In this document: one piece after another, positions 44,800 to 49,831 of the stretch | How the letters are laid out: the number at the start of each line of letters is the position of its first letter | Position numbering within the stretch: the first letter of the stretch is position 1 | From: Bacillota bacterium | Lineage (GTDB): Bacteria; Bacillota; GCA-003054495; Carboxydocellales; JAJZTU01 | Assembly: GCA_021848765.1 (NCBI GenBank) | Contig: JAJZTU010000002.1 | Coordinates: forward strand, 1-49,831 | Reading direction: 5' to 3' | Length of the DNA stretch: 49,831 nucleotides | Translations under genes and position numbers: made by a program | Notes under the pieces: model-generated | What the model was told of the DNA's origin: nothing | Database searches by the model: none | The model's input: only the letters and a program-made list of their open reading frames with translations

Positions 44800-44853
44800 G
44801 GGTCAAACACCTCCTGTAAAATTTGAAATCTATGGCAAGTAGGGGGGCCATCA

Positions 44854-45519
44854 TCACCAGAAAGCCTTGGGCATAAACCGGCGCAAAATACGTACCGGAT
44901 GCCCCAAGCGGTCTACTCCACCCGGAAAATGAGCAGCCAGGCGTTCATCAACCGAAGTAGCCACCACAGGCAGATTCAAGAGCCGGGCGGCCTCTGCCAC
45001 AACCTCTGCCCCGGCTTCAATTACATCTGCTGTGGTATCATCACCGAGATGAGTATTATTGAGCAAGCCTTGGACTAAGCCCATCCCCTGGACATGTTCA
45101 ATGATATCGGGAATGGAGAAGGTCATGGGCCTACTAACATTAATCACCGCAAAAACTTTCAAATCAGGGTCAGTGAGAGCTCCTTCCACCAGGTTCAAGG
45201 TTTTGGCGCCTTCAACCCCGTAGCCGATATCCATAATGATATCTCCCTCCCGCCGGAGCACCCATTTCATCTCCGGCTTGAGGATATTCCCCGCTTCTCC
45301 CAGGCCCATAGTATTGCGAGTCTCCCAGGCTACCACATCGATACCCAGTTGTCTCAGCTCATCCTGGATAGGACGCAGGGTGTAAAAGGGTTCCACCAGG
45401 TCCAGGTCTACTAAAGTAACCTTTCTACCCTGGCGGGCCAGCTCAATGGCCCGGTTAATGGCATTTTCACTTTTGCCACTGGCATATTCCCCTATGTAAG
45501 CCTCAACTAATCTTTGCAT
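44854..45519 (-). CDS. P-loop NTPase (SIMIBI class, MinD/ParA/CooC-like)
   Basis: 221 aa. Walker A is GEYASGKS, followed by VTLVDLDLVEP. It has no other recognisable domain. It is the first gene of the oxidoreductase transcription unit. Confidence 0.6.
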   Translation of the reverse strand: MQRLVEAYIGEYASGKSENAINRAIELARQGRKVTLVDLDLVEPFYTLRPIQDELRQLGIDVVAWETRNTMGLGEAGNILKPEMKWVLRREGDIIMDIGYGVEGAKTLNLVEGALTDPDLKVFAVINVSRPMTFSIPDIIEHVQGMGLVQGLLNNTHLGDDTTADVIEAGAEVVAEAARLLNLPVVATSVDERLAAHFPGGVDRLGHPVRILRRFMPKAFW

Positions 45520-45596
45520 AGTTACACCCCCTCAGAAAGATTGAGGGCCATTTCCCCTAGTTTGTTTCGGCGCAAAACTTTTTATCACAAGTGGGC

Positions 45597-45648
45597 AAAA
45601 AAAGAATCAGCGGGAAAAGTGTTTATCCAAACTCTTCCACCCCGCTAA
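45597..45648 (-). terminator. rho-independent terminator-like hairpin downstream of bofA
   Basis: Minus strand reads TTAGCGGGGTGGAAGAGT-loop-ACTTTTCCCGCTGA followed by TTCTTTTTTT. Confidence 0.55.
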
Positions 45649-45664
45649 GCTCGCGTTAAGATAT

Positions 45665-45693
45665 AGTATATTTAAATTGATTTCACAAGTCAA
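45665..45693 (-). promoter_or_regulatory. sigma-A-like promoter TTGACT-17-TATACT
   Basis: The -35 is at 45688-45693 and the -10 at 45665-45670. It sits between the bofA stop and the hairpin at 45597-45648. Confidence 0.45.
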
Positions 45694-45745
45694 GGCAAAA
45701 ACCGTTAACAATGGTAGAATTACATTGCTTTTGGCAAAATATACT

Positions 45746-46018
45746 CTATACAATAACCAATCTGAGTGCAATAAGCAGTACAAGTCCCGGGATACCCAAG
45801 AACCCCACAGTAAGCGCAGACAGGGGATTAATGGCTATACTGAAGTTCACAATCACCCCTAAGAAATTCAGTACCATTAAAGCCAGTCCTCCCAATACCC
45901 CATTGACCAAAAGCTTAAACAAGATCTTCATCGGAGTCTCGAAGAAGGTACCCAATAGATAGAACAGGACAATACCAAACCCTATGAGCAGGAGAACCCC
46001 CACACTCACCGTATTCAC
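45746..46018 (-). CDS. bofA: pro-sigma-K processing inhibitor BofA
   Basis: A 90-aa two-TM protein whose C-terminal half (...LTVGFLGIPGLVLLIAL) resembles B. subtilis BofA (ILGIPGIAALVV). It holds the conserved recR-(yaaL)-bofA position. It uses a GTG start. Confidence 0.85.
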   Translation of the reverse strand: MNTVSVGVLLLIGFGIVLFYLLGTFFETPMKILFKLLVNGVLGGLALMVLNFLGVIVNFSIAINPLSALTVGFLGIPGLVLLIALRLVIV

Positions 46019-46156
46019 CCCCTCTCCCCGTCCGGCCGGCCGGCAGCAACTGGCACACCAGTTTGAACCGGTCTGCTACTTGTCCCCGCAAATGCCGTTT
46101 TGGGGACTTCACTCCTAATGAATATGCGGGGAGGGAGGTTTTTAGAATCTCTGAGC

Positions 46157-46753
46157 TTAGATTTCCCGGCGCCCTTCAAAGGCCCGGATCAGGGTCACCT
46201 CATCGGCATACTCCAGGTCACCGCCGACGGGCAGGCCGTGGGCAATCCGGGTAACCTTGATACCCATGGGTTTCAGCAAGCGTGCTATGTACATGGCTGT
46301 TGCTTCGCCTTCCACATTGGGGTTGGTGGCCAGCACAACCTCCTGCACTGTCCCATCCCCCATCCGGCCCAGCAGTTCTTTAATACGCAGGTTCTCCGGG
46401 CCTATACCATCCATTGGGGAAATGGCTCCGTGGAGCACATGATACAGTCCTTTGAATTCCCTGGTTTTCTCCAGGGCAACCACATCCCTCGGCTCCTCCA
46501 CCACGCAGAGGATTCCCCGCTTTCTGGCGGTATCAGTGCAAACATGGCAGGGGTCCTGTTCAGTGATATTGCAGCATACCGAGCAGTACCGGGTCTTATC
46601 CTTGGCTTCCACAATAGCCCGGGCGAGGGCCACACCCTCTTCCCGGGGTGAATTTAACAGGTGAAAGGCCAGTCTCTGGGCCGTTTTGGGTCCAATACCG
46701 GGAAGCTTGGCCAGCTCTTCAATCAGTTTGGCTACCGGTTCCGCATAGTACAT
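46157..46753 (-). CDS. recR: recombination protein RecR
   Basis: 198 aa with HhH ([17 protein letters not shown]), a C4 zinc finger ([16 protein letters not shown]), Toprim and Walker B-like motifs. Confidence 0.97.
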   Translation of the reverse strand: MYYAEPVAKLIEELAKLPGIGPKTAQRLAFHLLNSPREEGVALARAIVEAKDKTRYCSVCCNITEQDPCHVCTDTARKRGILCVVEEPRDVVALEKTREFKGLYHVLHGAISPMDGIGPENLRIKELLGRMGDGTVQEVVLATNPNVEGEATAMYIARLLKPMGIKVTRIAHGLPVGGDLEYADEVTLIRAFEGRREI

Positions 46754-46808
46754 GTTTCACTTCCCCCCACAGACCAGCGTTTACAGGAAAACCGGACTTC
46801 AAAGCGCT

Positions 46809-47132
46809 TTAAAACAGTCCCGGAATTTTCAATCCCCCGGTAATCTTGCTCATTTCAGAGGCAACCATATCCTGGGACTTGCGAATAGCTTCATTGACAG
46901 CAGCCATAATTAAGTCCTGGAGCATTTCCACATCATCGGGGTCCACAGCCTCAGGCTTAATTTCCACCTTTTGAATCTCCTGCTTGCCATTAGCCACTAC
47001 TGTGACCATACCGCCCCCGGCAGTAGCTTCCACTGTTTTCAGGGCAATTTCTTCCTGCATCTTGGCCATATCCTGCTGCATTTTCTGGACCTGTTTCATC
47101 ATTTTGTTCATGTTTCCCATGTTTCCTAACAT
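46809..47132 (-). CDS. ybaB: nucleoid-associated protein YbaB/EbfC
   Basis: 107 aa with [18 protein letters not shown]...[11 protein letters not shown], typical of the family. It lies between dnaX and recR. Confidence 0.95.
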   Translation of the reverse strand: MLGNMGNMNKMMKQVQKMQQDMAKMQEEIALKTVEATAGGGMVTVVANGKQEIQKVEIKPEAVDPDDVEMLQDLIMAAVNEAIRKSQDMVASEMSKITGGLKIPGLF

Positions 47133-47229
47133 AATTATTATTCCTCCCTTGTTTAATCAGATTTAATTTAACCTAAGCCAAATCTATTTGGATAATCCGG
47201 ACATTAACCCATTTAGATAATCCAGCCGG

Positions 47230-48858
47230 CTAATCCTTTATCTCAATTAATTCCTCACCAAATAACACCTTGGCCTCCCTGATAAGTGAAGCCCGGTCTC
47301 CTTCCTGCTTTTCCTGAACCGGACTTTGTGCCCCTTTCAGCTCACTGGCAATGACACAGCGCAGTTGGACCAGCTGTTGGACTATCCTGCTTACCGCCTG
47401 CTCCACCGCCTGTTTATTGTCCGGCTGTTCCACCTTATCCCGGTGAAAGGAATATTCATCTTTAAACAGCAGGGTCAGGCAGTTGCCATTGATATGGTAA
47501 GGCTGGCCCTCTACCAAAAGAGCCTGGGCGGCACGCCGCTGTTTTTTCACCAGTTCCAGAACCTCCGGCCAGTTCTGTTGAATCCTGGCCAGAAGCGCTT
47601 CATCCCCTGCACCAAGCTCCACCTGCTGCCTTCTGGCCCTGGCCGCCGAGGCCCTGGGCACAGCTGCGGCTTTAGGTGGCTCTCCCCCCTGCACAGGATT
47701 GCTTTGAATCCGGACAACTTTATTTTCCAGGTCCTCAACCCGTTTAACAATAGCTGATAAATCCTGGTTGCCTTTGAACTGCACAGCCTTGATAATCCCC
47801 AGTTCCAATACCAGGCGGGGCTGGGTGGTCCAGCGCATTCCCTGTTCGGTATCGGTGAAGATGCCGATAATGCCCATAATTTCCTCTTGACTGAACTGGG
47901 AACTCTGCTCCTGCAGTCTTGCCAGGTCATTCACCGAAGTGCGCACAATCTCCGCCGGATTACGGCAAACCCTGACCAGGATCAAATCCCGGCAGTAATC
48001 AATAAGGTCCCGTAAAAACTGCCGCAGGTCCTTGCCTTCTTTGCTCAGGGTATCCACTGCCTGCAGCGCAGCCGTCACATCCCCTTCAGCCGCTGCCGCC
48101 ATTACCCGGCCAATCAGCGTGCTGCTCACCGTACCTACCACCGCATGGACCGCCGCAGCATCTACCTGATTGCCGCCAAAGGCCACACACTGGTCCAAAA
48201 TACTCAAAGCATCCCGCATTCCGCCTTCAGCAGTTTTGGCAATCAGAAACAAGGCCTCCCCGGAAATCTCCAGTGCCCCTTGTTCTCCGATAAACCTAAG
48301 CCGGTCAATAATGTCCTGGAGGGAAATCCGCCGGAAATCAAAACGCTGGCACCTGGACATAATGGTCAGCGGAATTTTGTGAGGCTCGGTGGTGGCCAGC
48401 ACAAAGACCACATACCCGGGTGGTTCCTCCAGGGTCTTTAACAGGGCATTAAAGGCCTCATTGGTTAACATATGCACTTCATCTATAATATAAACCTTGT
48501 ATTTCCCTTCTGAAGGAGCAAACTTCACTTTTTCCCGCAGGTCACGGATTTCGTCAATCCCCCGGTTGGAAGCAGCATCGATTTCCAGTACGTCCATACT
48601 GGAACCCTGATTAATCCGCCGGCAATTCTCACACTCATTACAGGGTTCAATACCCTTTCTGTCCAGACAGTTCAAGGCTTTGGCCAGTACCTTGGCCGTA
48701 CTGGTTTTTCCCGTCCCCCTGGGCCCGCAAAAAAGGTAGGCATGGGCAATCCGGTCGCTTTCCATGGCGTTCTGCAAAGTCCGGCTAATATGATTTTGCC
48801 CGATTATATCAGCAAAGGTTTTAGGCCTCCACTCCCGGTACATGGCTACATAGGCCAC
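47230..48858 (-). CDS. dnaX: DNA polymerase III subunit gamma/tau
   Basis: (M)AYVAMYREWRPKTFADIIGQ, GPRGTGKTS, a Zn module CNECENC and DEVHML are present. The preferred start is the GTG at 48858 (SD GGGGTGA plus 5 nt). Alternatives are GTG 48867 and ATG 48843. Confidence 0.93.
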   Translation of the reverse strand: MAYVAMYREWRPKTFADIIGQNHISRTLQNAMESDRIAHAYLFCGPRGTGKTSTAKVLAKALNCLDRKGIEPCNECENCRRINQGSSMDVLEIDAASNRGIDEIRDLREKVKFAPSEGKYKVYIIDEVHMLTNEAFNALLKTLEEPPGYVVFVLATTEPHKIPLTIMSRCQRFDFRRISLQDIIDRLRFIGEQGALEISGEALFLIAKTAEGGMRDALSILDQCVAFGGNQVDAAAVHAVVGTVSSTLIGRVMAAAAEGDVTAALQAVDTLSKEGKDLRQFLRDLIDYCRDLILVRVCRNPAEIVRTSVNDLARLQEQSSQFSQEEIMGIIGIFTDTEQGMRWTTQPRLVLELGIIKAVQFKGNQDLSAIVKRVEDLENKVVRIQSNPVQGGEPPKAAAVPRASAARARRQQVELGAGDEALLARIQQNWPEVLELVKKQRRAAQALLVEGQPYHINGNCLTLLFKDEYSFHRDKVEQPDNKQAVEQAVSRIVQQLVQLRCVIASELKGAQSPVQEKQEGDRASLIREAKVLFGEELIEIKD

Positions 48859-48961
48859 TAGCTTCACCCCGTCTCACTTCTAACACCAGAAACTAATTCG
48901 CTGCGGTTTATCCCTAATCCTCTTTTTAGCATCTGAATATTCGTCCCGGCCAAAGCTCAGG

Positions 48962-48995
48962 CCAAATACTGAAAAGAGATGGCTTTAACCATCTC
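48962..48995 (-). terminator. hairpin plus T-tract after the SRP RNA
   Basis: GAGATGG-TTAAAG-CCATCTC followed by TTTTCAGTATTT. Confidence 0.5.
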
Positions 48996-49010
48996 CTGTC
49001 AACTATATTA

Positions 49011-49281
49011 TAGCCGTGCACCTGCCGTTGAATTTACCTTCCAAGCGTTACCTGCGCAGTTAACTCGAACCAGGCGCCCCCACGGCACACGCCGGACATC
49101 CCTTAGTGCTGCTTCCGTCAGGACCTGACACGGTTCAGGAGCTTACGTTGCGTAGGACCCGGTCGTCAACATCACTTACGCAAGCCAGACCTCACAAGCA
49201 TAAACCCGAAGGCAGGAGTTCGACCCCGCTATAGCGGATTGCGGGTACAGGGCACCGCTACCTCCCCGTCTAGCACGACAA
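49011..49281 (-). ncRNA. ffs: signal recognition particle RNA, long Bacillus type (scRNA/6S-like, with Alu domain)
   Basis: The minus strand starts GTCGTGCTAGACGGGGAGGTAGCGGTGCCCTGTACC. It contains the domain IV core GTCAGGTCCTGACGGAAGCAGCACTAAGG and ends ...GGCAGGTGCACGGC. It is nearly collinear with B. subtilis scRNA as I recall it. It lies upstream of dnaX, as in Bacillus. Confidence 0.93.
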
Positions 49282-49345
49282 AACTATTAACTTTAATTGA
49301 GCATAGATACCGGAATGATTAAGCTCCAACCAACGTGGCTTGATT

Positions 49346-49374
49346 ATTATACAATTAATTTTAATCAGATGCAA
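49346..49374 (-). promoter_or_regulatory. sigma-A promoter TTGCAT-17-TATAAT for the SRP RNA precursor
   Basis: The -35 is at 49369-49374 and the -10 at 49346-49351. It lies about 60 nt upstream of the mature 5' end, consistent with a processed precursor. Confidence 0.65.
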
Positions 49375-49578
49375 GGGATTTTAGCCGTTATCGCAGCTTT
49401 GAGGCAATAAAATTAATGGCACAATTACCATATCCAGCTAGCTAAGCTTATAACACGAACCTGTTTACGGCATCATCTAAATCTTTGGCTAACTCCACCG
49501 GCCGAAAGCGCAATAAATATTAATATTTTTAAGTTATTTAATCTTTTACCTAAAATTATTTATATTTTCATGATTTTA

Positions 49579-49619
49579 TTTACATTATTTAAGCACAAAC
49601 ATATAATATGCTTAAATAA
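49579..49619 (+). promoter_or_regulatory. promoter TTTACA-17-TATAAT embedded in an 11-bp perfect inverted repeat (putative operator)
   Basis: The -35 is at 49579-49584 and the -10 at 49602-49607. The arms TTATTTAAGCA (49585-49595) and TGCTTAAATAA (49609-49619) flank the -10. Confidence 0.6.
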
Positions 49620-49639
49620 TCAAAAAGGGAAGATGATTT

Positions 49640-49831
49640 ATGGATAAGATAGACTTAGATATACTCAAATTATTGAAAAAGAATGGCAGAATGACCAGTT
49701 CTGACATAAGTAAACGAGTACAACTGTGATTCAATATTAGAATGCCATCATCTAGCCGGAGAGTGCGATTATTTATTAAAAGTGGTTGTTGAAAATACTG
49801 CTGCACTAGAAAACTTCGTTACAAACACACT
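49640..49831 (+). pseudogene. Lrp/AsnC-family regulator remnant with an internal deletion (runs off the window end)
   Basis: ATG 49640 encodes the HTH start MDKIDLDILKLLKKNGRMTSSDISKRVQL, then a TGA at 49727. About 20 nt later, in another frame, ECHHLAGECDYLLKVVVENTAALENFVTNT is the late RAM-domain segment of Lrp/AsnC proteins. About 60 codons that normally separate these segments are missing. Confidence 0.6.

Noticed and set aside
44002-44826. 274-aa plus-strand ORF
   Set aside because: It is entirely antisense to the well-supported oxidoreductase alpha subunit. It has no SD and a Gly/Ser/His-rich low-complexity translation, so it is a shadow ORF. The same applies to other long antisense ORFs, including 232-708, 5082-5522, 6104-6568, 10269-10865, 15803-16342, 17204-17740, 22166-22714, 42378-42956 and 46100-46651.
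46045-46060. Sigma-54-like TGGTGTGCCAGTTGCT on the minus strand just upstream of bofA (also TGGCAC on the plus strand)
   Set aside because: The GG/GC spacing fits. However, there is no adjacent activator or upstream repeats, the element sits only about 25 nt from the bofA start, and bofA is sigma-A dependent in Bacillus. It is most likely a chance match in a GC-rich stretch.
47230-48858. Programmed -1 frameshift site in dnaX (as in E. coli gamma/tau)
   Set aside because: I found no A-AAA-AAG-type slippery heptamer in frame. The only A-run (GTG AAA AAA CAG, near 47545-47560) lies in the C-terminal region without a downstream stem and does not fit the X-XXY-YYZ pattern.
49612-49806. 64-aa minus-strand ORF in the AT-rich end of the window
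   Set aside because: It is antisense to the Lrp/AsnC remnant. It shows Leu/Ile/Asn-rich AT-driven composition and has no SD.

Overview
The window looks like a chromosomal segment from an endospore-forming Firmicute, probably Clostridia/Peptococcaceae-like, since SigH, BofA, CtsR-McsAB-ClpC and DisA are all present. This placement is inferred from gene content and was not checked against any database. Almost everything is on the minus strand.

Positions 1-24.4 kb carry the conserved Bacillus-type array rplA-rplK-nusG-secE-rpmG / tRNAs / sigH-yacP-rlmB-thyX-mrnC-cysS-cysE (behind a Cys T-box) / gltX / ispF-ispD-yacL-carD / disA-radA / clpC-mcsB-mcsA-ctsR. Positions 42-49.3 kb carry a four-subunit 2-oxoacid:ferredoxin oxidoreductase operon and bofA-recR-ybaB-dnaX-SRP RNA.

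Between them, at about 24.6-41.6 kb, lies a visibly more AT-rich accessory locus. A sigma-54 enhancer-binding protein and a near-consensus -24/-12 promoter precede 14 tightly packed genes. These join a corrinoid methyltransferase module (pterin-binding MT, DUF1638, URO-D-type MT, B12-binding protein) to:
- an MFS permease
- an ALS/Gcl-family ThDP enzyme
- a Hyi/OtnI-like TIM barrel
- GlcD/GlcE/GlcF-like dehydrogenase parts
- a split transketolase
- a DUF1537 acid-sugar kinase

This is my main candidate for an undescribed system: demethylation-coupled catabolism of a methylated aliphatic hydroxy-acid, sugar acid or polyol. The substrate cannot be deduced from sequence.

Secondary oddities:
- a 0.85-kb non-coding gap upstream of rpmG holding a 214-nt branched palindrome and repeat arrays
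- a promoter/terminator-bracketed candidate sRNA after sigH
- a 695-bp structured spacer splitting clpC from radA
- an 11-bp-phased heptamer array inside the methyltransferase module
- an internally deleted Lrp/AsnC gene with an intact promoter/operator

No CRISPR array, transposase or rRNA was seen. All calls rest on reading the sequence and the ORF translations; no searches were run.
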